Notes: generated from the letters alone by a model not told the origin. Shown: positions 1 through 9,780, counted from the first letter of the stretch. The stretch is DNA of 64,000 nucleotides from an uncultured Chloroflexia bacterium (GCA_963778955.1 CAVZWI010000001.1:285582-349581), one strand, 5' to 3'. Made by a program: numbers and translations.

Positions 1-506
1 CGATCATGAACAACCTAGCCATCACGGAGTGGCCGCGACTGGGCCCAGGGCCGCTCGTCATGCCCCATCGCGAGCGTGGTTTGGCGACCTCGCTCGTGGA
101 GGAGCTCAGCATCGTCGCCCGGAGCGTGCGCCAGCCAGCCTTCACCTTGAGCGGCGGCAATCAGCAGCGCGTCGCCATCGGCAAGTGGTTGGCCCGCGAC
201 CGGCTTGTCTATGTCCTCGACGAACCGACGCGCGGCGTGGACGTCTCGGCACGCTACGCGCTCTACGAGCTGATGGAGGCCATCGCCGACCGTGGCGGCG
301 CGGTCCTCATGATCTCCTCAGACCTGCCCGAGATCATCAGCATGAGCGATCGGATCTACGTGATGCGCGTGGGGGCGATCTCAGCGGAGGTGGCGCGCGA
401 GGATGCCACGGAGCAGGCGCTCCTGACCTCGATGCTGCCCGACGCGAACGTGGGCGACGCCGACGATCCTGCCGGGGCCGGTGGTTCTGCCGGGGCCGGC
501 GCTTGA
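1..506 (+). CDS. Sugar ABC transporter ATP-binding protein, C-terminal fragment. The gene starts upstream of the window.
   Basis: The ORF contains the ABC signature LSGGNQQRVAIGKWL and a Walker B motif (VLDEPTRGVD). The reading frame is open to the window edge. Confidence 0.75.
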   Translation, partial: IMNNLAITEWPRLGPGPLVMPHRERGLATSLVEELSIVARSVRQPAFTLSGGNQQRVAIGKWLARDRLVYVLDEPTRGVDVSARYALYELMEAIADRGGAVLMISSDLPEIISMSDRIYVMRVGAISAEVAREDATEQALLTSMLPDANVGDADDPAGAGGSAGAGA

Positions 507-534
507 GCGGGCCACACTCCCCCGGTTCGACCCG

Positions 535-1290
535 ATGAGCCGGGGCGTCGTCTTCGACATCCGCGAGTTCACGGTGCATGACGGGCCGGGCATGCGCACC
601 ACCGTCTTCATGAAAGGCTGCCCGCTGGCTTGCACCTGGTGCCACAACCCGGAAGGCCTGTCCATCGAGCCGCAAGTCATGCGCTCCGCGGGGGGCGAGC
701 GGATGGTGGGCCGCGAGTACGAGGCGGTCGAGCTGGCGGGGGTCCTGGTGGGGCAGGCGGACATCCTCGTCTCCGGCGGTGGTGGCGTGACCTTCTCCGG
801 TGGTGAGCCGCTGTTGCAGGCTGACTTCGTGGCCGAAGTCATCGACCTCTTGGGCGGCATGCACGTGGTGCTCGATACGTCGGGCTACGCTCCGGCCGCT
901 GTGTTCTCGCAGGTGGCGGGCCGAGCCGACCTGCTTTACTTCGACATCAAGTTCATCGACCCCGATGCGCACAGGCAGTGGACAGGCCAGGACAATCGAC
1001 CGATCCTGGCGAACCTGGACTTGTTGGCCCGATTGGCGAAGCCCTTCGTGGCACGGGTGCCGCTGGTCCCCGGTGTCACCGATACGACCGAGAACCTGAC
1101 CGCCATCGCCAAGCGCCTGGCACCACGGCCGACGCTCCGGTACGTCGAGCTGCTGCCATACAATCGAGCCGCTGGTGGCAAGTACGAAGCGTGCGGCATG
1201 ACGTTCCTGCCTGGCTTCGACGAGGCCCAGGAACCGAACGCCGATACGGGGCCGTTCGAGCAGATGGGGATCGAGGTGCGAGTCGCATGA
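535..1290 (+). CDS. Glycyl-radical enzyme activating enzyme (radical SAM)
   Basis: The N-terminus reads FDIREFTVHDGPGMRTTVFMKGCPLACTWCHNPE, a CX3CX2C cluster typical of PFL-activase-like proteins. The stop overlaps the start of the downstream glycyl-radical enzyme (ATGA). An alternative start exists at 481. Confidence 0.8.
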   Translation: MSRGVVFDIREFTVHDGPGMRTTVFMKGCPLACTWCHNPEGLSIEPQVMRSAGGERMVGREYEAVELAGVLVGQADILVSGGGGVTFSGGEPLLQADFVAEVIDLLGGMHVVLDTSGYAPAAVFSQVAGRADLLYFDIKFIDPDAHRQWTGQDNRPILANLDLLARLAKPFVARVPLVPGVTDTTENLTAIAKRLAPRPTLRYVELLPYNRAAGGKYEACGMTFLPGFDEAQEPNADTGPFEQMGIEVRVA

Positions 1291-3386
1291 ACCAGAAGCT
1301 GACGAGACTTCGAGCCCGCACGCGCGAGGGCCACTTCCGGCAGTACCGCCAGACGGTGGTGCCCGACCTCATCGCCGAGTGCGAGCGCGACGACTTGGCG
1401 TGGCCGGCACGGATGGCGCGCCTGACGCGTCGCATGTGCGAGGCCGAGCAGGTCGTCATCGAGCCCGACGAGCGCATCGTCTTCACCCGCACCCTGCCGA
1501 GCGTGCCGCCGGTGTATGCGCCGGCCGACCTGGCTGCCATGACCGAGGGCCGAACCCTGCACGAGGGCGGCATCGTGAACAACGTCTGTGCCGATTGGGG
1601 CATGTCGCTCGGGGCCGGCCTGCTGGGCCGGCGCGAGGTGGCGCTCCAGACACGTGCCCGGCTGGCAGCTGCCGACGATACGGATGGCGTCGAGTTCATC
1701 GATGCGTCCCTCGAGGCCATCGATGCCGTGCTGGCGCTGGCCGACCGCTACGCGACAGAAGCGCGCCAACACGGCATGGACGATGTGGCCGACCGGCTCG
1801 AGCGAGTCCCCGGCGGGGCTCCGACGTCCTTCCATGATGCCCTCCAGTCGATGCGATTCATGCACGCGGTGGTGTGGCTCTCCGGTCATCACCATGTCGG
1901 CCTGGGCCGACTGGACCAGTACCTGTGGCCGTACCTGGCCGCGGATCTTGACAGCGGCCGGCTCGACGAGGCCGGTGCGGAAGACCTGTTGGCCGAGTTC
2001 TTCATCGCGCTCAATCGCGACTCCGACCTCTACCCTGGCATCCAGCAAGGTGACAACGGCCAGTCGCTGACCCTCGGCGGGGTGACGCCCAGCGGTGAGT
2101 CCGCGGTCAACCCGCTCACCACCATGGCCCTGCGGGCGGCCCGCGACGTCGGCCTCATCGACCCCAAGATCAACCTGCGCATCACGGCCGAGACGGACCA
2201 GGGCTTGCTGGAGCTGGCGACCGAACTGACTCGCAAGGGATTGGGTTTCCCGCAATACGCGAATGACGACGTGGTGATCCCGGCGCTGGCCGCCCACGGC
2301 TATGAGATCGCCGACGCACGTGACTACACCGTCGCGGCTTGCTGGGAGTTCATCATCCCCGGACGTGGCATGGATGTGGGCAACATCGGCGCCGTCTCCT
2401 TCCCCGCTGCAGCGGATGCCGCCATCCGTGAGGTCCTGGCCGGCGGTGGGTCTTTCGGGGCCATCCTCGATGGCACCGCGGTCCAGGTCGCGGCACAGGT
2501 CCGAGCCCGAACCGAGCCCTACGAGCGACTGCTGTGGGCGCCCGCCCCGTACTACTCGGCACTGATGACCGATGCCCTGGAGAACGGGGTCGACCACGGT
2601 CAGGGCGCCAAGTACCGCAACCTCGGCATCCACGGAGCGGCGGCGGCGAGTGCGGCCGATGCCCTCGCGGCGGTGAAGCGTCACGTCTTCGATGCCGCCG
2701 ATGTGGATGCCTCCGAGTTGGTGGCCGCGCTGGACGCGGACTACGTCGGCTATGAAGACCTGCGGCGCACGATGGCCGAGGAGAGCCCACGCGTCGGGCT
2801 GGCCGAGCCGGAAGCTGACCAACTCCTGGGGCAGCTGTACGACTGGCTGGCCGATGCCTGCGATGCCGAGACGGAGCGTTCGGGGCTGCTGGTGCGGCCT
2901 GGGACCGGCACTGCCATGTATTACCTGTGGCTGGCTCGCGGGCGCGAAGACGGCCCGATGGCTGAACCGGTGGTCGGCGCCACCGCCGACGGGCGCCGCC
3001 GCGGAGATCCCTTCGGTGCCAACCTGGCTCCGACGCCAGGGACACGACTGCGCGGCCCCATCAGCGTCCTGCAGTCCTACTCGAAGATCGACTACGGCCG
3101 CGTCTGCAACGGCGGGCCCATCACGCTGGAGCTGTCCGACTCGGTCTTCCGCAGTAGCGGCTCGATCAGCAAGGTGGCGCAGCTGGTGCGCACGTTCGCG
3201 AGGGTCGGTGGTCAGCAATTGCAGCTCAACGCGCTCAATGCATCCACGCTGCTCGACGCCAAGGCCCACCCGGAGGCGCACCGAGACCTCATCGTGCGTG
3301 TTTGGGGTTGGAGCGGCTACTTCTGCGAGCTCTCGCCCGAGTACCAGGACCACGTCATCGCCCGCCACCTCTACGCCGAGGTATAG
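1288..3386 (+). CDS. Glycyl radical enzyme (PFL2/glycerol-dehydratase-like family), compact at about 699 aa, substrate unknown
   Basis: The C-terminus carries a glycyl-radical motif (IVRVWGWSGYFCELS). A candidate active-site Cys-x-Glu loop reads AACWEFIIPG. The N-terminal GRE core is conserved (FHDALQSMRFMHAVVWLSG...GRLDQYLWPY). The gene is translationally coupled to the activase. Confidence 0.8.
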
Positions 3387-3752
3387 AGGCAGACACCCAG
3401 GCCATCGGGCCGACCGGTCCGGGACCCCGCAGCCAGCCAGCGGTCCGGAATCCCAGATAGAGCGAACAGGAACGGTCCAATTGGTCCGTCGCCGCCCCTG
3501 GCCTGGCCACATACGCCCGCAACGCAGCCATCGCCGCCCCCAGGTGGGCTGCAGCCATGCCCCCGAGGGCATGATTTGGCATGCTCACCGAGGCCGACCG
3601 GGCTCGATCGCCACCCGAAGCCCTGCGAATCGGGCGGCTGCGTTCGCTCTATGTGGGATTCCGCCAAGTCGGGGCCGGAAACGGGCCGGGAGGGGCCGAG
3701 GCCGCGGACAGCCCATCGGCCGACCCCGGCGGGCAGGGGGGTCGCTGCCGCC

Positions 3753-4454
3753 CTACTCGGTGGGAGCGGGCTGCCCGTCACCAGGTAGCTGACCGAGCTG
3801 CTCGTCGATCCCGTCGAGGCGGTCCATGACCTCCTTCAGCCCGTCCTCCACATCACTCACGCGAGAACGCAGGTTCGTCGCATCGACACTGCCGAGCTGT
3901 GTCGTCAACTCATCGAGCTGGGTCTGGAGCTGCGCCACCGAATCATCGAGCTCGGCGATGTCGCGAGGCCCAAAGCGCTCAGACAGCGTCACTGTCGGGG
4001 CAGCCATGTCGCCCCCGTCGTCGGTCCAGGCCAGCGCGGTGTCGCCGCAGCGCTGAACCACGGGGAAAGCGATCGTGGCCCCGGGGTCGTCCGGGAAACG
4101 CGCCCGGAGGCCGAACTCCTGGAACGTGCCGTCAGGGAGCGAACCGCCGCTCCAGCGCACCACGGTCTGCTCACCACCATCGCCCTCGGACGCCGTGCTC
4201 TCGACAGTCACGTCCCAGCCGGGCACCGATTCCGGCAGTGGGCTCTGGACCGAGTCCGGGATGGTCACTTCGAGCGCATCGGTGGGCGCGCCGTCGCAAC
4301 CCTCCTGCACCTGGAAGTTGATGACCAAGACACTGTCGGGCGTCACTGCTCCGCCTTCGGGGATGTTCACGGCGGCGGCCGGAGCGGCGACCAGGCCGGC
4401 CAGTCCTGCCAGCACTGCGGCTCGCGTCATGCCGTTGCTCAGGGGATGCATCAT
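3753..4454 (-). CDS. YcnI-like DUF1775 domain secreted protein
   Basis: The protein has a signal peptide (AAVLAGLAGLVAAPAAA) and a DUF1775-like core. The C-terminal region is coiled-coil. Confidence 0.6.
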   Translation of the reverse strand: MMHPLSNGMTRAAVLAGLAGLVAAPAAAVNIPEGGAVTPDSVLVINFQVQEGCDGAPTDALEVTIPDSVQSPLPESVPGWDVTVESTASEGDGGEQTVVRWSGGSLPDGTFQEFGLRARFPDDPGATIAFPVVQRCGDTALAWTDDGGDMAAPTVTLSERFGPRDIAELDDSVAQLQTQLDELTTQLGSVDATNLRSRVSDVEDGLKEVMDRLDGIDEQLGQLPGDGQPAPTE

Positions 4455-4675
4455 CTCGATGGTCTCCTTCTTCTTGGTGTTCTAGACGAGGGAGCAGTCT
4501 GGCCAACGCGGCGTAACGGCCGGTCGGGCGCCCCGGGGCCTCACCTTGCAGCACCCTTGCGGAGTCGGCCCTGGCGAGCCGGCTGTAATGCCAGCGCAGG
4601 TGACTGGGGCGCAGATGTATCGCGCCACGAAGCAGATTTGGCTCACCGATCCCCGCAGAAAGGAGCGAACCGATC

Positions 4676-5251
4676 ATGACCACCGATACGAGCGCCCGCA
4701 GCCGGTCAGCGAGCGAATCCGGCAGCCCCAGCGACGAGTCGACCCGCAAGCAACTCGGATTGGCACGCGCCCAGGGAGAGGCCTTCGGCAACGCCGTCGA
4801 GATGATGACCCAGGAGGAGGCGCACGGCGAGCAGTTGGAGCGGGGCGACTACCTGGTCGGCTACGCCGTGGAAGAGGCTGAGGGCATGTACCACTTCCGC
4901 GACGGGGGGCTCGACTGGCAGAACCCCGAAGACGAGAACGCCCACATCGAGGTCGTCGTGCGCGACGCCCACGACGGTCAATTCCTCCCCGGCTTGACCG
5001 TCGGCGTCACGGTCTTCGATGAGGACGGCACGGAGGTCGGCAGCCACGAGCAGCCCTTCCTGTGGCACCCCTGGTTACACCACTACGGGCGAAACTGGAA
5101 GCTCCCCGGCGACGGTACCTACAAGCTGGCGGTCCACGTCGAACCACCGCAGTACATGCGGCACGACAAGGTCAACGGCAAGCGCTTCGCCGAGGCTGTC
5201 GATGTGGAGTTCGAGGACGTCGAGATCGAGACCGGGCAGAAGAAGAGCTGA
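4676..5251 (+). CDS. Hypothetical protein, possibly metal-binding (His-rich FLWHPWLHHYG motif)
   Basis: The 191 aa ORF has coding-like composition and is divergent from the DUF1775 gene. No signal peptide is visible. Confidence 0.5.
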   Translation: MTTDTSARSRSASESGSPSDESTRKQLGLARAQGEAFGNAVEMMTQEEAHGEQLERGDYLVGYAVEEAEGMYHFRDGGLDWQNPEDENAHIEVVVRDAHDGQFLPGLTVGVTVFDEDGTEVGSHEQPFLWHPWLHHYGRNWKLPGDGTYKLAVHVEPPQYMRHDKVNGKRFAEAVDVEFEDVEIETGQKKS

Positions 5252-5299
5252 GGCTTGTGCGTCAAGGACGACCGGAACGTTCCCGGGCCGACGAGCCGG

Positions 5300-5864
5300 C
5301 TACCGCGCCACCCGGTAGCGGTGGAGGACGACCCTCGAGCCGACGGTGCGGGTCTCGACGAGGTCGAGGTCCACGCGGCGCTCGCGCTGAGGAAAGAACG
5401 GGGTGCCGCCGCCGACCAGCACCGGATGGACCATGGTCTGGTACTCGTCGATCAGATCCGACGCGGCCGCCTCGGCGGCCAGCGTCGCACCGCCGATGGC
5501 GATGTCGCCATCCCCTGGCTCGGCTCGCAGCCGCGCGATCTCCTCCGCCAGGCCGCCGCAGAGCAAGCGGGCATTGCCCTGCACGGCGGACAGCGTGGTG
5601 GAGAAGACCACCTTGGGAAGCGGCTTCCAGAGCGCAGCCCACTCGCGCTCCGGATCGTCGAGCGACCGATCCTGATCGGCCGTCTCCCAGTACAGCATCG
5701 TCTCGTATAGCCGCCGCCCCAACAGGTGGACGCCGATGGTCCGGATCTCGTCGATCCAGAAATCGGAAGACATCCTCGTCGGGCACCGTCCAGTCGAAGC
5801 CGCCGTCCGGTCCGACGATGTAGCCATCAAGTGAGACACCCATCGAATAGGTCACGCTGCGCAT
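5300..5864 (-). pseudogene. Dihydrofolate-reductase-like protein (RibD C-terminal domain family), frameshifted as sequenced
   Basis: The N-terminus MRSVTYSMGVSLDGYIVGPDGGFDWTVPDEDVF lies in one frame. The continuation WIDEIRTIGVHLLGRRLYE lies in another. A 1-bp indel near 5759, beside GGATCG, explains the split. Confidence 0.65.
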
Positions 5865-5926
5865 CGGAACTCCTGCTCGGGAACGGTTCGACAGTATGAC
5901 CGGATGGCCAGATCCTCCGAGATCCC

Positions 5927-6115
5927 CTATGGATGATGGCCGGCCAGGTCGTGCTCATCCTCGCGTTCATCTGGTGCATCCGGCACCAGGTCGCCACTCC
6001 CCTTCCCTGGGGCACGTTGCTCGCCATGGTCGGGCCTTGCGTCCTCCCGACCCTTGGGGTCGGACATCGGTCCCTCGACCTGTCCCCGAGCCACCTGATA
6101 TGGATCATCCTTCAT
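5927..6115 (-). CDS. Candidate small hydrophilic protein (62 aa)
   Basis: The ORF is preceded by a plausible RBS (aaggga). No similarity was recognised. Confidence 0.2.
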   Translation of the reverse strand: MKDDPYQVARGQVEGPMSDPKGREDARPDHGEQRAPGKGSGDLVPDAPDEREDEHDLAGHHP

Positions 6116-6163
6116 GACAGAGTCCCTTCATCGTAAACACGTGCCCTTGGATGACGCGCCGTC

Positions 6164-6374
6164 TCAGCGCGGCCGGACACGAACCTCAACCTGGTGCGGG
6201 TCCGTCGTGGACCAGCGCACGCCGACCACCTCGTAGTCAGCGTCCTCGTGCTCGATGACGTCGCCCGTCCGCGGCATCGCCTCCGGCCAGGGCCACTTGC
6301 CAAACGAGTCGGCAGGATCGAGCCTCCAAGGTGAACTCCACGATCATCGGCGAGACTTCCAGGACTTCCTTCAC
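6164..6374 (-). CDS. Candidate small protein of about 69 aa, recovered after correcting a 1-bp indel
   Basis: AGGAGG sits 5 nt upstream of a GTG start. MKEVLEVSPMIVEFTLEA joins to ...DSFGKWPWPEAMPRTGDVIEHEDADYEVVGVRWSTTDPHQVEVRVRPR if the g in ctc[g]atcc near 6319 is removed. Confidence 0.35.
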
Positions 6375-6619
6375 GATCACCTCCTGTTCACGATGGCGCC
6401 AGACATCCTGGCGAGGACTGGGCTACCGAGCGCACATCGGCGGTTCGTAGTGGTTCCACGTTGTCGTCGGCGCAGGACCGAGCCGACTCGAGGACTGGCT
6501 GCCCGGACGATACGAGGATCACGGTAACGGGCGCCTCGCGCCCTGTGCCGGTCGCATGTCGGATGCGTATCGGTCTCGCTGGGAACGGCGCCCGCCGCGG
6601 CCGCCAGCTGGTGTCATGT

Positions 6620-7843
6620 CTAGGGAGCTGGACGGTCCGGATCCGGATCGAACGCCGTCAGCGCCCGCCGGATGGCAGGCAGCCGCGACGGTTCGACGTC
6701 CTGCGCCAGCGCCTCCAGGACCGACCGCAGGCGAGCACGCACCTGCGGCAGCGATGCGCTGGCATCGTGGATCTCGTCGATCGCAGCGTGGACGAACGCG
6801 TCCCAGTCAGGTGCCGGGATGACGATGGCGACACGGCCGTCGGCGCGGACGAGGCGCGGGGAGCAGATATCGCGGGTGAGCAGATGTCGCAGCAGGTCGT
6901 GGAGTTGGTCGATGACCTGGTTGGCGGTAGTTGGGTCGTTGAGGCTGGGAGAGAGCGCCCGCAGGGCCACGTCCACCAACTGGCGGAAGCCGAACGCGGG
7001 ATCCTGGCTCATCGTTCGCTCGGGACCGACCCGGATGGCGTCCCCCAGGCCCTCGCCGGCGATGGTGTCCGAGACATCGGCCGCCCCGTGGGATCGCACG
7101 ATGGGAGCGTCGCGGACCAGGTACTCCCCCAAGCCATGGGTCAGCTCCAAGGTCAGCCCGCTGCCGGCGTACTCGAGCAACCGTTGCTCATCGATGGCCT
7201 GGATGTAGCCGGAGTCCTGGGCCCAGCGGATGGTCGGCGCGTCAGGGTCAGCGTCGACGCCATCGCCCAGCACCGGAGGCCGTTCGCCATCGGTCGTGAG
7301 CTCGTCGTAGTTGCGATCGATGGCCTCTCGTGTCTCGGCGGCGATGGAGCGGATGACGCTGGTGGGGCGGATGGCATGCGCCATGTGGTCGATATAGGCC
7401 ACGAAGGCGAACACAGCAGCCAGCACCAGGACCACCGTCACGACCACCCCGAGCTGGGGCACGAAGTCCGACGTCACCGTGGCCAGCGTGAGCAGGGCGA
7501 AGACGAAGGTGGCCACGAACAGGCCAAGCACCGATTGGTTGAAGCGGTCGCGAAGGAAGGTGCGCATCACCCGTGGTGAGAGCTGCGAGCTGGCCAGCTG
7601 CAGCACCAGCATCGTCACGCTGAAGACCAGGCCGGTGAAGCTGATCATGGCCGACGACACCGCAGAAAGCAGCGATCGGGCACTCCCAGCGTCGATCTCG
7701 ACAGGCAGGCGAAGCGAACCCGTCCCTTGCTCGATCCCGACGACGATCAGCGCGCCGAGGGCGGCGGCGGCGGCGGACAGGGCCGGCACCACCCAGATCT
7801 GGAGCCTGAGGATCTCGGTCAGAACGGAGAACGAGGCGCGCAT
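6620..7843 (-). CDS. DUF2254 domain membrane protein
   Basis: The protein has two N-terminal transmembrane pairs (LSAAAAALGALIVVG.. / VLGLFVATFVFALLTLATV..) and a conserved soluble C-terminus. The start is ATG (MRASFSVL). Confidence 0.7.
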   Translation of the reverse strand: MRASFSVLTEILRLQIWVVPALSAAAAALGALIVVGIEQGTGSLRLPVEIDAGSARSLLSAVSSAMISFTGLVFSVTMLVLQLASSQLSPRVMRTFLRDRFNQSVLGLFVATFVFALLTLATVTSDFVPQLGVVVTVVLVLAAVFAFVAYIDHMAHAIRPTSVIRSIAAETREAIDRNYDELTTDGERPPVLGDGVDADPDAPTIRWAQDSGYIQAIDEQRLLEYAGSGLTLELTHGLGEYLVRDAPIVRSHGAADVSDTIAGEGLGDAIRVGPERTMSQDPAFGFRQLVDVALRALSPSLNDPTTANQVIDQLHDLLRHLLTRDICSPRLVRADGRVAIVIPAPDWDAFVHAAIDEIHDASASLPQVRARLRSVLEALAQDVEPSRLPAIRRALTAFDPDPDRPAP

Positions 7844-8625
7844 GCCCTCAGTATGCCGTGCCCCATCGACACCGAATGTGGGCCGGGCGCTACTCGTCGG
7901 GTAGCGACATGAACGAGCCGTCCGGCAGGTAGCCATCGCGGGTGCGCTGCCGATTCGCGCCGCGCCCGGCCGGGCTTCACACGCGGCCCGACGGCCACGA
8001 CGTAGGCGACGCGACTGCCGATCGCGACACCGGTGTCGGCGCGCGGCCAGGTCCGGAGCACGTGCCCTTCGGGGACCTTGTCCGAACGACGGGTGCCGCG
8101 GCGCTCGGCCGCCAGGCCCATGGCACGAAGCATCGTCGTTGCTTCCGATTCGTCGCGGCCGCGCAGGTCGGGGACCATGACATGGGGCCGCCCGCCGATC
8201 TCGATGGCGATGACACCGCCGGCAACGACTTCCACCCCCGGCTGCGGCTCCTGGCTCAACACCTGACCCCACAGATCCTCACGAGCCGGCTGTTCCTGGA
8301 CCTCGATGTGCAGGCCGGCAAGACGGGCCACTCGCCGCGCGTCTGAGGTGGACATACCCACCAGGTCGGGCGCCGAGACCGGCCCCTGCGGTTCTGGCGT
8401 CGTGGCCGGCACCGACGGGTCCGCCTTGGAGGCCCCCGCCGGAGTCGCAAATGCGTCGCTCGGTGGAACACCGGCATCGTCCACGAGACCTGCGGGGTCG
8501 CCTGGCTGATAGACGGACAGGGGCGAAAGCCCGCCATCGACGGTGGGAGGGTTGCGCCGCATGAGCCTGCGTCCTCGGTGAGTCGTGACAGCGCCCCCGT
8601 TCGGCCCGACTTGGCCCCGACTCAT
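7819..8625 (-). CDS. PASTA-domain protein (two PASTA repeats, no kinase or transmembrane domain visible)
   Basis: Two PASTA-like repeats are present (VPDLVGMSTSDARRVARLAGLHIEV.. and VMVPDLRGRDESEATTMLRAMGL..). The start is ambiguous (8625 or 8562). Confidence 0.5.
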   Translation of the reverse strand: MSRGQVGPNGGAVTTHRGRRLMRRNPPTVDGGLSPLSVYQPGDPAGLVDDAGVPPSDAFATPAGASKADPSVPATTPEPQGPVSAPDLVGMSTSDARRVARLAGLHIEVQEQPAREDLWGQVLSQEPQPGVEVVAGGVIAIEIGGRPHVMVPDLRGRDESEATTMLRAMGLAAERRGTRRSDKVPEGHVLRTWPRADTGVAIGSRVAYVVAVGPRVKPGRARRESAAHPRWLPAGRLVHVATRRVAPGPHSVSMGHGILRACAPRSPF

Positions 8626-8649
8626 GAGCGCCGCGAAGGCGATTCTTGC

Positions 8650-8760
8650 GCTTGGGACGCGGCCACTGTCAATTCGGCGTAGATGAAGAATCCGTAATCA
8701 CTCCGATATCGTTCGTTATCTTTCTGTAGGAGGTCACGAGGAGTACATTTCGGTGCGAGA
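8650..8760. promoter_or_regulatory. AT-rich island in a 70% GC background between divergent PASTA paralogs. It is a candidate promoter or leader.
   Basis: The sequence is tcaattcggcgtagatgaagaatccgtaatcactccgatatcgttcgttatctttctgtaggaggtcacgaggagtacatttcgg. Confidence 0.25.
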
Positions 8761-9062
8761 TCGGGGTGCGCATTCCGGCCGCCGTGGGCCCTGAGCGCTA
8801 CCACGCCGGTGAGGGCTCGGCCGATGGCGACGGATCGTGCGGATGTGGCCGTTACGTACGGCCCGCCCGACCCGAATACTGCGGACATGACGGTGACAGA
8901 GTGGGTCGCTGAGTCTGTCCCTTCCAGGGTCGTCCGCGGACCCCACGCGGACGACCCACCGTTCTGCCTCCGTCGGGCCGTCGCAGACGGATGCGAAGAG
9001 CGCCACTGGCCACAGCGTTTCGGAACGATCCGGTACACCTGATGTCGTAGGTCTGGATTCTG

Positions 9063-9449
9063 ATGGCCGCACATCGGCTCGCGCGCCGGCACCGACTGCG
9101 CCTGTCGGTCTCGGTCTGGGAGACCAAGATCGGACCGTGGGGCATGGTCCTGTCGCAGCAGCCTGGGGGCGGCAGACCACGGTCTGGAGCGTGCATCCAT
9201 GTGGTCGTCGCCGCTCGACCCCATCTCGCCATCCCCGATGTCGGAGGGCTCGAAGCGGGCAAGGCCATGCGAGCGCTGCGGCGTTTCGGCCTGCTGCCGA
9301 CTCGCGTCGAGGGTCGAGCCTCGCGTACGGTTCCCGCTGGTCACGTCATCGCGACACAGCCACGCGCCGGCACGCTTGTCGTGGACGGCGAACGCGTGAC
9401 GGTGACGATCTCTCGCGCGCGGTCCTCGCGCTCGCCGCTCGCGCGGTGA
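9063..9449 (+). CDS. PASTA-domain fragment (about 1.5 repeats), paralogous to 7819..8625 and possibly a remnant
   Basis: HLAIPDVGGLEAGKAMRALRRFGLLPTRVEGRASRTVPAGHVIATQPRAGTLVVDGERVTVTI is a PASTA fold. The preceding ...VLSQQP motif mirrors the minus-strand paralog. An in-frame stop lies 5 codons upstream of the ATG. Confidence 0.3.
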   Translation: MAAHRLARRHRLRLSVSVWETKIGPWGMVLSQQPGGGRPRSGACIHVVVAARPHLAIPDVGGLEAGKAMRALRRFGLLPTRVEGRASRTVPAGHVIATQPRAGTLVVDGERVTVTISRARSSRSPLAR

Positions 9450-9780
9450 CCCGGAGGAGCCGGTGAGCTCCCGCGAGGAGCCGTCGCAGACCCAGCCGGA
9501 CCCCAGGTGGGAGGTCCAACCGGAGCCTCCCGATGACGAGCCCGAGCCCGAACGGCGCAACCTCTTGCGCATCGTGCTCGCAGCGGTGTTGGTGGCCCTT
9601 GCCACGTGCCTATTCCTGGCGCTCGCCACGCGATCGGTGTAGAAGCGACCTTGGTCCCGGCGGGAGCAGGCTGAACGAGCCTGTCCCAGCGTGCACCAGG
9701 TATGAAAGTGTCATCCGAGCGCGCCGAGCAGGCCCCAGGATGACTCGATCTCGCAGCTGCGCTCTGCACACGATGGGAGC

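Noticed and set aside
936-3572. Long antisense ORFs overlapping real genes, for example the 878-aa ORF opposite the GRE and others at 8622..9629, 14592..16358, 16334..17725 and 19375..20700
   Set aside because: Their translations are Arg/Ala/Gly/Pro-rich and low-complexity with no recognisable motifs, which is typical of spurious open frames in 70% GC DNA. The opposite-strand genes have strong family signatures.
3387-3752. An intergenic region after the glycyl radical enzyme gene that might hold an RNA gene or terminator
   Set aside because: It has no convincing hairpin followed by a U-tract and no repeats. The ORFs there are short and low-complexity. It is probably plain convergent intergenic DNA.
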